The position numbers and the translations under genes were made by a program. A DNA stretch of 64,000 nucleotides from the human T2T-CHM13v2.0 reference genome, Homo sapiens, in the NCBI RefSeq assembly GCF_009914755.1, contig NC_060929.1. One strand, written 5' to 3'. The notes below the pieces were generated by a model. It had not been told where the DNA came from. It ran no database searches and saw nothing but the letters and a program-made list of their open reading frames with translations. Numbering within the stretch: position 1 is the stretch's first letter; each line of letters starts with the position of its first letter. This document shows positions 10,822 to 23,200 of this stretch, one piece after another.

Positions 10822-12986
10822 GGCTCTGGAAGACTCCTTTGTCTCAAGGTAGTTCTTGGGAGTTTTCCTGTTTCCATTCCTTTTCATTGCATTCCACATA
10901 GGGCTTACAGAATCTGACCATGGAGGTGAGATGGCTAGGGGAGTTTCTTTAATTGATGTAGCATTTGTGAGACGAGATGAAAAGGATTTTTCTGGATGAG
11001 GGGGAGGCATTTTCTCCTACCTCTTTTTCCCTGGATGACCTTGTGTTGCTGCTTTGAACAAAACCTCCGGAGAAATCCTTGGAAAAATGGGACTATTAAG
11101 TCTAAACTTAACTACAAAGATTCAAGGCACCACAAGAGACATTAGAGGAAACCTTACTGAGACTGTTAACATTTCATGTTTCCTTTTTTCACTTGGAGAC
11201 TTGATTTAAAGGAAGAAATCCGATAACCTCTTTCTTCTGGAGAAACAAAGATGTGGTCTTTTTCCTTTTGTCTCTTCCTGAGATGTATTCAAGAGGCCCA
11301 TGAGAGGCTGAATGTAACCAGCGCACCAACAATTTGTTCAGCTAAATGGGCAGTTCGATTTTCTTATCTGCACACTCTACTGAGTGGGACCCCTTGCCCT
11401 AACCCCCCAGCTAGGTGTGTTATTGGTGCTCATTCAGAACCCAGACAGCAGCTCCTTCTGATGCTGCTTTTTGTAGCAGAAATCATAAAACCCTTTGAAA
11501 TGTATGTTGCAGCCAAACCTCTCTGCTTAGGGGAATCCTGCAGATACCTTTTTATTCTTTCTCTTTCGTTCTCCAGAGGATATCATCATGGCAGTCTGAG
11601 TTCAAAGTGGGTTTTTGTCATTTCTGTGCTTGGATGGGAGCCAGCAATTGCCTGCGAGACCTCTGAACTACAAAGTTTACCCAGCTGGTGAAATTTATTC
11701 CTAGGAAATTTGAAAATAATCTCTCATTTCACAGCAACTGAAGACAATGTTTTAAAAAATTTTTTTTAATATAATCTCTGCCATTTCTGGTTTTCATTCA
11801 AATGGAAAGGGGGTTTCTCTCTGAGGGATTTCATTAGAAAGAGAAGGAAGAGCTCCTCTTTCCAAGCCTCACCCTGTTAATTTCCAGTTCCTTAAAATTC
11901 AGAGAACTCTGGCTTGTTGTGTCTTTGTTTCTGGGTCTCAGAATCTTGGTGGTAAAAGACAGCCTGGTTTACTGTTGAAGAGAACGGGAGGGTTAGGGAG
12001 TTTGAGAGGCACATCCCTCAGTTCTCAAGCAAAGCCTTCTGAAGAGTGACTGAATGCTTCTCACTTAGTTTTTATTTATAAGTCTAAATGGATGAATGCG
12101 TGGAGTGAACCCTTCCATTTGTTTTAAGAATTGATCCATAAAGCACAACTAACTAGCTCATTTTTTTTCTGACTTGTCTGCCGGGAAAGTGCTGATCTGA
12201 GTCTGCTCTTCTTATTTTCCTTAACCCATAAAAAATGTCAAATGAAATGGATACATAGCTATGATTTCATTTCCATTATGCATTCATTACAGTTGAGATA
12301 AGGTGGAAACTTGGGGCTTATTTATTCTAGAGTCTGTCGCAGATCATATCTCACCCTCTGCTCCCCACCTCATAGTAATCTCAGTGCAGCTCTGTGTAGT
12401 ACATGTCAGTGGGCTGTGTACTCCAATGACCCAGAGGACATCACATACATAGATGTCATTGTGGATAGTTTGATAAAGATTTCTAAATGGCAAATATCTA
12501 GGTAAAAAAAAGCAAGAGCAAGACAAATAAATGAAAAAGAACAAAAACAAAACAGTCCAGAGAACCATAAACTATTAATGTACATTGTACTTAGGCAAAA
12601 GACTGTGTTCTAGTTTTAGATTTACTTTGGCCTTTTTTTTAGCCCTACTTCTGCTTCCTTTACCAAAGTAATTTACTTTACCAAAGCTATTCTCAGACTT
12701 TCGGATAACCTAGTCATTGGATTTTATAGACTATTCCTGAATATGCTTTCCAAGGAATGTCTTTAAATAGAAGACAGGTGTTATGTAGTCAACACATATG
12801 GAGCTGGGCTGTATTAGGCACCTGCTTTGTGTGATCCTAAGCCTGGTGTACCCATCAGGACAGTGACTCCAAAGGTGGAAACTCTCACCAGATTCAGATG
12901 GTCCTCAATAAACTCTGGACCTCAGACAGACACCAGCTTTATTGAAAAGTTAATGTAAATTCATTTTTATGTATTAAAGAGATATA

Positions 12987-13408
12987 CGATATGATTTGGA
13001 TATTTGTTCCCTACAAATTTCATGTTGAAATATGATCCCCAGTGTTGGAGGTGGGGCTACGGGGAGGTGTTTGGGTCATGTGGACAGATCCTTCAGGAAG
13101 GGCTTGGTGCCTTCCCTGTAGTAATAACTGAGTTATTGCTTTATTAGTTCACACAAGAGCTGGTTGTTTCAAGAGAGCCTGGAACCTCCTCTCCCCTTCT
13201 CTCTTGCTCCCTCTCTTACCATATGACACACTTGCTTCTCCTTCACCTTCCACCATGAGTGAACACTTCCTGAGGCCTCATGAGAAGCAGATGCTGGAAC
13301 TATGCTGTCTGTACAGCCTGCACAACAGTGAGCCAGATAAGCCTCTTTTCTTTATAAATTTCCCAGTCTCAGGTATTCCTGTATAGAAATGCAAAATGGA
13401 CGAATGCA
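12987..13408 (+). mobile_element. MSTB-type MaLR solo LTR
   Basis: (C)GATATGATTTGGATATTTG...CCCAGTCTCAGGTATTCC..GGACGAATGCA; 5-bp TSD ATATA (12982-12986/13409-13413). Confidence 0.9.
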
Positions 13409-13522
13409 ATATATTTACATGTGTATTTATGTAAATACTATATATATATACACATTTTAAATGTACATTTAATCTCCCCATACAGCAAATTTAAATCCTA
13501 ATATATGAGTATGATTTAAAGC

Positions 13523-13708
13523 CATTGGTTTTCATACCATGTACCACCATGTCCAACTGAGTGGCTTTATGGGCTGAGGGAGACCTGAAAAGGTGGATTT
13601 CATGGCTCTTTTCCATAGTAGATTAGATCCTCTTTTGTCTGTTTATACTGGGCCTGTAAATGAGGTTTGGTTGGAAGAGTTCTTTAGCTCAAAATTTAAA
13701 AACCACTG
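13523..13708. mobile_element. hAT-Charlie MITE (MER112-like)
   Basis: CA(T)TGGTTTTCA...AAAAACCACTG terminal inverted ends; internal GGTTTGGTTGGAAGAGTTC. Confidence 0.6.
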
Positions 13709-15139
13709 ATGTAAAAGGTCATTCTGGCATGAACCACCAATCTCTTCTACCTAGGACATTGATGAAAGCCTTCTTCCTAGAATGGTTAGGGTTAAGAGCA
13801 CACTTTTGATTCTAGTTCTGATACTGGTCCTGATTCTCTTCTTGTGTTGCACTCTCTCTTGCTAACTGCCCTTTGTGATGGCACAAGTTCTCTGCACTTG
13901 AGAAACTTCTCTAATAACTGAAGGATAAACTGGATGTTTTCTAAAATGTTTTCCAAAGCCACAGTTTTCCTTTATGCAAAAAGTCTGTAATAGAAATAGA
14001 CTGTCATCAAACAACAAATCTGGGGTAATGATTTAATTTGAATTTTTAGTTCGTAGCTTTCTTTTTACTTTCTGGCACCCTAGTCTTTTGTTAAGACTAT
14101 CTTTACATTGAATTACATTCCCTTTCTGAATATGAAAATACTAAATGGCAATTCTAGAACTGTTGGACAATACAGAATATCATAATAGACCACTCTTAGA
14201 ATTTATTTTGATGTTATCTTTTTGTCTTCTTGGTATTATCTTTGACTCTGAAAGTGTTTGCTTTCACTCTCTGAATTTACTTTTCAAATTTCCTTTCTTG
14301 ATTCTTGTTTAAATGGCATTATTTTTTCCTACGTAATTGGATGAACAGAGTTTCCTTTTCCCTTGAAGTTTTAGATCAGACATGAAGTTCTCACATCCTC
14401 GAGTTGATCCTTCAGTGGGCTCTGGTTTACACTCTTTCTTTCACTGTCTGCTATTAATCTCTTCAGTATTTTGGTTCCAGTCAAGGAAATGACTTTTCTT
14501 TTTCATCTTCACCATTCCTCATCCTCTGATGCAGTGTGCCCTCTTTCTGAATGTTTTGATTCGCGTCTCATCTCTCATTTGACTAATTATATCACTCTCA
14601 TTCTCTAAATCTCTTTTAAGAGTTTTTTTTTTTTTCACTAGAAATAGTACTGAAAAGTTTTCTTTTCCTTTCTAATTTAATTTGTGGCTTTTATATCATA
14701 TACTTTACTTCCCAAATGTTTAGCGATCCATTAAAACCAACCAACCAGACAACCAACCAACCAAACAAATCAACGGTTGGCCTTAAGTGACAAAAAGATT
14801 TATGGCAGAGTTGAGACTAGAGACTCGAACCTCCAAATTCCGGTTCTGTGATCTTTCTTCAAATGATGGTGCCTCTCACTACTCCCCTAATGAAAAACTA
14901 ATAAGATCCTAGAATAACATTTAGATTAATCTTGCATAGCATGTAGTGCTCACTTATGGGCATTCAGATAGTGCACTAGGACTTCATTTTGGAAGAGGAT
15001 TAGAACAGGGGGATCAGAACGAAGAGTAGACTGCCTTGTTCCTCCTAAAATGTAGTTTCTTCACTTGAGTATTTGCCAGACTTTGGGAAGATACAAACAA
15101 TACAGTATTTTCAACTTTTTTTTTTCTTTTTTTGCCATC

Positions 15140-15465
15140 TTTACATTGAGGACTTCTCTAATACCTCAGTTTAAAACAGAAACCTACCATCACCTTCACA
15201 CTCCCTATCTTCCTTCCAGCCATTAGTTTTTCCACAGCACCTTTTACATTTTGACGTACTTGCTAGTTTGTTTGCTCATTGTTGGATCTTCTCCCCTCCT
15301 GCCACCTCCCCCACCTGAATGTAACTCCATAAGGTGGGAATATTTGTCTGTCTGTTCATTGCTATATCTTACCCCTGGCTCCACCCCTCCATTCCTTCCA
15401 ATACTGACTAGGATATAGTTGATACTCCATGAGGATTTCATGGAGAAAAATCAACAAATGAATTG
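15140..15465 (+). mobile_element. L2 3' end fragment
   Basis: TGAATGTAACTCCATAAGGTGGG..GTCTGTTCATTGCTATATC. Confidence 0.6.
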
Positions 15466-16829
15466 GTTAAGCCTCAGGACCCAAACCAAGCAAGGTAATC
15501 TCCCCCACTATTTAACAGATGGAGGAATCAGTTTACCTTGAGCTTATGCTACTTGGCGAAGGTCTCAGGATTTAGAGTCTCCTTTTCATCCTGTAAGCAA
15601 CTAAGCTTTGCAACTGATGAAAAGATGCCATAATACATGCAATTAATGAAAATGTTGTGGAATTCATGTTACAACTCTGACTACAAACTAAACACCAATT
15701 CCAGATGTTTGATGAAAATACTTCTTAAGACTCCAGTATATGCAAATTTGGTTAGATCCCTTAGTCAAATGACAACCATGAACAAATGGAACACATACCC
15801 TCTGCATTAGAGCAGTGTCTGACAGCTTTCTCAGACCGAAAGAGTCTGTCAATACTTACCTTGGTCTGTTCATCTTAGAGACCCTCAGCAGCATCTGTAA
15901 CCCAGAACTTGGCAAACAAAGTAAACTAGGAGACTGATTTGATTTCATCCCAGCTGGTTGAAGCTTCATTACCTACTAAGTCTGTTTAACGTGGTTGTTA
16001 CTGTCCCTTTGCCCCAAGTCTATAGTCTGGTTGTAGTTTGGGTACAGACTGTTACTATTAATAACATAGTGGGTTTATTATTTTCATCTAGAACCATTTT
16101 TTTAATCACAATAGGGATTTGCTTTTGTCCTGAAATGTGAGGACAGATCTCTACACCAGCCATCCAGGGCTGGCTTTTCTACTTACACTGATGAAGATAT
16201 CTGGTGACCTCTATTTTATCTTCCCACTTTATTACTGGTTTGGTGTGTGCTCCAGTTTCAATTGTACGGTTTTAGTTTAAAAGTAATGTTTCGTAGATCA
16301 AAGTGCCAGAGAAGAAAAAAAGCAGCAAGTAAACTTTGATATTGTTAGTAACGAAATCTCTTTGTTTTAGAAGCATGCTGCTTTTTCTATGGAAGTAAAG
16401 AAGGATGTGAAATCATCTGATTATATATGATAGTATTTGTGATTATTTCATCTAGGTGGGGAAACCTGGTAGTAGGGTTCCCAGTGTTAAACTAAGAATG
16501 GTCAAGAGAAAGAGGTTATGAGGACTCTTGCTATTGTGCAAATTTCCAAGAAGCAGAGAAATAGATACGTTTAGTCCTGAAAGCAATTTGCAAAAATAAT
16601 AAGACCTACTAAAATGATGCTAGATCAAATAATGGTATGAGTCTCTTTTGTTTTGGTCCTTTGCCAACATTAGTGTACACACAGACATACGCTTGCACAT
16701 GGCTTCTATGTCCAAATGTTCACAAAATCCCCACTAGTACACGTTTCCTGAGTATAGTTCCACTTCTCTCTTTTAGAAGCAAGTGAACCCTGAGAGCCTG
16801 TGGTCATACCTGGAGGGAAATGTCCTGAA

Positions 16830-17010
16830 CTACGAGTTAGAGATCTCAGCTTCAGGTCCTGCTCTCTGTAGACTCACAGTGTGAGCCAACTGATTCTTTT
16901 TAGCCTTATTATTGTTATTATAGTTGATGTTCTCTGCTGTACCAACCTCGTGAAGTTGTAGGAGACTTCAATGAGATAGTAGGTGTGAAAACTGCAAATT
17001 ATAGAGTATT
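16830..17010 (+). mobile_element. MIR fragment
   Basis: CAGGTCCTGCTCTC..TGTGAGCCAA..AGTTGTAGGAGACTTCAATGAGATAG..GTGAAAACT. Confidence 0.5.
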
Positions 17011-17711
17011 GTGCAAATAAAGATAAAGGATTGTTTTGAGGATCACATTGTAGTTTGCTCAATGCAGGATTGTAAGGAGGGGAAGTTAGTCCTGATCGTG
17101 GGTGTTCAGGGCAGTGTCTGGGAATCCTCACAATCACTACCCCCCGACCGTTTTTTAAAAAAAATCTTTGAGGAGGGAGCACACAGTGGAAAACAATTGC
17201 CAAATGGGAAATGAGATATGACTTTTTAAATATTTGATAAGCATCCAAATATCTCATTGTATAAATGTCACACTGGAAAACTACTTAGGCTCCAGGCCTA
17301 AGTGAGGCTTCCTATTTTATTGCTCTTGAATCGAAAAGCCCCACAGTCATGGGCAGAGGAGATGGAAGAGAAGGAGTGATGGATGTGGAGACAGTTGGAA
17401 AGAGAGTGAGAGTGAGCTACTTGGTTTTGGTTGAGGGAAAGAGGTGAGCCCTGGAGACTGGTCTTTGCCGGCATGCTATATGGAAGCTGGAAGAACATGC
17501 CAGGGCTCCTGCTTTCAGGGCACAATCACTCTTGTGTCAAGCCGATCTAAGTCCTGGACTCAGATGATGAAATGGACAATTTTTGCTCCACTGGCGTTGG
17601 AGGCAGGGGGTAGCATGTGAAGAGGTGGGCAGAGAATGAAAGGGGGATGGGGGAGCAGAAGTTCCCTCTTTAGCTGCTCCTGCTCAGGAAAGAATATATG
17701 TGCCACCCCAA

Positions 17712-18005
17712 TTGAACAATGAGAACACATGGACACAAGGGGGGGAACATCACACACCGGGGCCTGTCGGGGGCTGGGGGAGGGATAGCATTAGGAGAAA
17801 TACCTAATGTAAATGAAGAGTTGATGGGTGCAGCAAACCAATATGGCGCATGTATACCTATGTAACAAACCTGCACGTTGGGCACATGTACCTTAGAACT
17901 TAAAGTATATGTAAAAAAAGTCGCTTAACTAAAAAGACTCCATGCAGAAATAAAATGACAAGAGTTTAGAAAAACAAACAAACAAACAAACAAACAAACA
18001 AAAAC
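17712..18005 (+). mobile_element. 5'-truncated L1PA 3' end with 3'-transduced flank and (AAAC)n tail
   Basis: L1 3'UTR 17712-17919, unique 17920-17969, A-rich tail 17970-18005. 21-bp TSD AGAATATATGTGCCACCCCAA at 17691-17711 and 18006-18026. Confidence 0.93.
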
Positions 18006-18468
18006 AGAATATATGTGCCACCCCAAAGGGGCACGGGAGGGAAGAGATAAGAAGCAGTGCCGATGGTAAGGGGCTCTTTCCTATAGGGCTCCAGAGGAGT
18101 TATTGATTTATGACCTCAAATAAATCTCTTTGCCAGGAGTTTTGTACCTGGTCAGTTCTGTAACTCTAGCCAAACTGAGAAGAAAGTCTACACAGAAGGT
18201 GGAGTTGTAAGTGTGCTTCTAGTGTATGAGACTGTATTTTCCTTCTGTTTCCTAAAGTGACACAGAAGTGAAACCTTGCTAGTGGTTACTTAGCAATTAA
18301 GTTCATTACTTTGTGTTTTTAAAAATAAATGAACTACATTGCAAAAAACTACTATTGTAAGCATACTTAGGATGTTTCTAAGACAGCAAAGGTTTTTCTC
18401 AACACCTGTGATTTAATACAATGCAAGTGTTTAGTTTTTTTTTTCTTTTTCTTTTTCTATGTTCTCAG

Positions 18469-18523
18469 AGTTAAGATTAAAAAATGAGGCTGGAGACGAG
18501 GGAATCTTAAGAATGGAAAGATT
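18469..18523 (+). other. Candidate spliced exon (55 nt), probably non-coding
   Basis: Long polypyrimidine tract + CTCAG acceptor and GTATGT donor, in unique sequence. Confidence 0.4.
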
Positions 18524-19408
18524 GTATGTTTCAGTTTTGCTCATTGAAAGTTGGCTAATAATGGATAATATAGACATTTATATACAAGGAAGGAATAGAA
18601 ATGACTGTATTCTATCAGTGAATTCTTAATTTGTGCTTTATTTTCACTTTTAGTAAGTTAAACATTTTAAATGTCTCCTGGTCAGTAATGTAATTTTTTA
18701 AAACAAAATATGATGAGGTGAAAACAGGAAACTTTCTGCATTCTGTAGTAAATTCTGTTAAATGAATAAGTTAGTGAAAAAGTTTCTAATAAAATAACAT
18801 TGAATAATTTCACTGTATTGAGTTCAAATGTCCTTGGGTTTCATGACTTTTCATCTTATTCTATCCATTTACTCATTTAGTGAGTTATACAGAAAAACTT
18901 CCAACTCCTGAAGTGACGGTACATGCCACAAAAAGATTTAGACCAGCATCTTCTGAGAAAAATACCCATGCCTGAGCCCTAAAATGATATTTTGCCAATC
19001 TTTTAAAAAGTAACAAACTTAACAAAGAGCTTCTTCTCTTATAAAAGTTGGGCACAGGTCTACTATTTATAAACAGTGACTTTGGCTCACCAATCTTTTT
19101 TTTAGAATTTTGGATAAGGCTTTGCACACAGTAGGTGCTCAATGAAAAAAGAAAGAGCCATTCATCAGTTTATGATACTAACTTGCCCTCCCTCCCCTTC
19201 TTTCACTTCACTGTACTTTTTTAGAGGAGTGACACTAAAACTACTGCTACCGCCTGCTGCTTGGAAAAACCTCTATCATCCTTCTATTCTTCCAGTCTTC
19301 TAAAGTAGATGTGAATTTAGGTTTAAGAGGTTAATGGGAAGAATGTCATAGGGGTGTATTGTTTATGTAGTAACAACAGAATGAATTAAAAGTTTAAAGC
19401 TTTAATCA

Positions 19409-19433
<25 letters not shown>
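19409..19433. repeat. (GT)n microsatellite
   Basis: Direct reading. Confidence 0.95.
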
Positions 19434-19441
<8 letters not shown>

Positions 19442-19648
19442 GGGGCAGTGTTTTGACAATTGGTAGTGTTTTGATAATTTAAACAGTTTTATTTTTCTCT
19501 TGAACTGATTATTTTGGTGTCATATGGACTCCATTACCTTTTCAATATTATGTTGTTAGCCTTTTTTTGAGAATTCATCATGTTCTTATTGTGTTCTTGA
19601 CTACATGTACTGTTAGTTCTTTAATTTTTTTTCTTTTTCTTTCTGCAG

Positions 19649-19668
19649 GAGACCATGAAATAATTCCA
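19649..19668 (+). other. Candidate microexon (20 nt)
   Basis: TTTTTTTTCTTTTTCTTTCTGCAG|GAGACCATGAAATAATTCCA|GTATGT. Confidence 0.4.
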
Positions 19669-20202
19669 GTATGTTTGCTTAATTGTTGGGTATTCCTGTG
19701 ACAAAGAAGGCACTACTCAGCCAGCCAGAATGCACTGACCACCACTGCAGGGTTTCAGTCACATGAGACATCTGGGTGATAGAGGGAAGTGTGGGGAATG
19801 GCTATCATTGATGAGCCTGTATGTTCTAAGTGATCTGGGGACTAAGGCTTATTTTTCTCCAGGCTTGTCTTATGAAGAAGTTTTAGTCTATTTGGAATAG
19901 ATAAGGCTTATACACATAAAGTAACTGATACTCAATTATATGTAATTATGTTAGTTGGGGATAAGGCTAAGCTGTGTTATGTAGTGACTCAAAAATGCGA
20001 TGACTCAAACAAGATTGGAGCTTGTTTCTCTCCGGGAATGAATGATCCCACACTCGGGGGCAGCTAGGCTGCTGGGATCCAGGTTCCTTCACCTGTTGCT
20101 CTGTTATGGTTGAAGCTGGCTTATCCCAACCTCATTCACATTTCAGCCCACACAGCTAGGCAGAAGAGGGGTGAAAGTGGAGCATGAGCAATGCCTTTTC
20201 TT

Positions 20203-23200
20203 TTATTTTTTTTAAAGTCAGTATTATTGCATTATAATTTACAGAAAATAAAATACACCTATTTTAAGTGTATACTTTAATGGGCTTTGGCAGATTGCTT
20301 ACACGCATTGAACCACCACCCTAATCAAGATAATGGCATTTCCATCATCCCTAAACATTTCCTCATGCCCTTTGCAGTAAATGCCATCTACTCTTGGTCT
20401 AAGGTGGCTACTGATTTGATATCTATCACTACAGATTATTTTTGCCTGTTCTAGAATATCACATAAATGGAATTATATGGCAGGTGCTTTCAGGCTGGGT
20501 GATATAAGTCAGGTGTCTAAGTTGTAAATTTAAACAGACACTCACACTAAGTTTTATGCCAGTGCTGACTCTACAATGCACCCTGCGCCATGCTGCATTG
20601 TATCTTGTTTCTTTTGCCCTGTGTATTGTTTTTGAGATTCATTTATTTTGTTATGTGTATCAGTGGTTCATCATTTTTTGTTGCTGTGTAGTAGTCTATG
20701 TCACAAATTCACTACAATTTGTTTATACGTTTGTCTACTGATGGACGTTGTTTCCGGTTTTGGGCTTTTATGAACATAGCTGTCACAAACAGATGTGTAC
20801 AAGTATTTTAGTGAACATATGTTTTCATTTCTCTTGGGTAAATACTCAGGAATGGAATTGCTGGATCATATGGTAAGCGTGTCTTGGTAACTTCAGGAGA
20901 CTGCTGAACAATTTTTGAAAGTGAATTTAATACTCGATAGTCTCATTAGCAATGTATGAAAATTCTAGTTGCTTTACAGCCTCACCAACACTAGTTATCA
21001 TCAACGTGTTTAACTAGCTATTCTAGTAACTATGTTGTGATATCCATTGTAGTTTTTTCCTTTTTTGTCCCCGTACCCTAAGCTCCTATCCATTGTAGTT
21101 TTAATTTGCATTGCCCTGATGACTAGTAATGTTAAGCATCATTATATGTGATTATAAGCTATTGCAGTGTTTCGTAAAATATTTGTTAAAATTTTTTGAC
21201 TATTAGAAAAAGTAGGTTGTCTTATATTATTATTGAGATGAAATCTTTTAATATTCTGATTCATGCTTTATATGACCTAAGAAATCTTTGCAAAACTCAA
21301 AGTGTCAAAAGATATTCTTTTATGTTTTCTTCTAAAAACATAATAATTTTAGCTTTAATTTAGATCAGTTTTCCATTTTGAGTTAATTTTTATATATGTT
21401 GAGAGATAAGGGTTAAAGAGCATTTTTTCCCCCTTGTAGATATCCAGTTGTTCTAGAACAATTTGTTGAAAAGACTATTTTTCCTCCATTGAATTACTGG
21501 CTCCTTCTTAAAATAAATTTTCCATGTATGCATGGGTCTGTGTCTGTTCCAATGGTCTATATGCCCACCTTTATACCAATACCATACTATCTTGAATACT
21601 GTAGCATTATAATCATTCTTGAAACAAGTAGTATATGTCTCAAATTTCATTCTTTATCAAAATTATTTTGGCTTCTCTGTATTCCCATATGATTTTTAGG
21701 ATCAGCTTGTCAGTTTTCAGAAAAAAATGCTAGAATTTATATTTCGATTTGGTTAAATGTACAGATCAATTGGCAGACAACTGACATCTTAACAATAGTA
21801 TGTCTTTTATTCCATGAAAATGGTGCTTATTACAATCTTTAATTTTTCTGAGCAATGTTCTGTAGTTTTCAATGTATACGTCTTTGTTAAGTTTTGCTTT
21901 GTGTACTTCATGTTTTTGCTGTTATTTTAAATGCATTGTTGTATATGTTTGCAATAGTTTTTTGCTCACATATAGAAAGGTAATAATTGTGTATATACTT
22001 TGCATCCTGTGACCTTGCTTAATTTATTAATTCTAATAGCTATTAAAATATCATTTTAAGAGTTTTCTGTGTACATAATTATGTCATTTGTGAATAAAGA
22101 TAGTTTACTTCTTCCTTTTGAATCTATATGCCTTCTACTTATTTTTCTTGCTTTATTACAGTGGTTAGAACCTCCAGCGCAATGTTGGGTAGGAGTGGTA
22201 ACAGCATTCTCCTTGCTTGTTCCCAATCCTAGGGAAAAGCATTCAGTCTTTCATCCTTTGCATGATGTTGTCTGTAGATCTTTTATAGATTCAATTAAAG
22301 AACTCTTAGTTTGCTGAGAGTGTTTATCACAAATGGTTGTTGAATTTTTAAAATGCCTTTTAGCCATTATTAAGATAATTATATGAATTTTCTTTTTTAT
22401 TCCGTTAATGCTGTGAATTACAATGATTGATATTCAAATGTTGTATTCCTGGGATATACCACCCAGCCCCTAGTCATGATATAGTATCCATTTTACATAT
22501 TATGAGATTCAATTTGCTAACATTTTATAAACAATATTTTGTTATATGCTCACAAGGATTATTGTTCTATAGTTTTCTTTTCTTGTAATGTCTTTTTGGT
22601 ATCAGGGTTATGCTGTCCTCATAAGGTAAATTGGCACATTTCTTAAAGCAATTTTGAAAGCTAGTATTATTTTTTCCTTAAATATTTTATAGAATTTTAT
22701 CAGTGAAGCTATCTGGGCCTAAAATTTTCTTTATGGAGAGTTAAGAATTTTTATTATAAATTTATTTTTAAATATAGAATAGGGTTATTTATATATTCTT
22801 TTTCTTCTTATGACTGCTTTGGTAGTTTATATCTTTTGAGAAATTAGTCCATTTCATCCAAGTTGTTAAATTTATTGTCATAAAATTGCTCATAATACTG
22901 CCTTTTAGTATTTGTAGTATCTGTGGTCATGTCTCTCATTTCTAATACTGGTAATTTATGTTCTTCTCTCTCTTTTAAAATCTTTTATCACTGTAGGTGG
23001 AATTTTATAACATTTATTGACATTTTTCAAGGGCCAACTTTTGATTTTATTCACTGTTTGCATGTTGTATCATGCATTTATTTCTGCTTTTTTATTATTC
23101 TTTCTTTTTGCATAATTTGGATTTATCTGTTCTTCCTTTTCTAGCTTTTTAGAGTGATAGGCCATAGATTTGTTTTAGAATTTTCTAGCTTTCTAATAAA

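Noticed and set aside
11251-11691. 146-aa ORF as a protein-coding gene
   Set aside because: No recognisable domain or coding-like composition, and ORFs of this size occur by chance in 64 kb.
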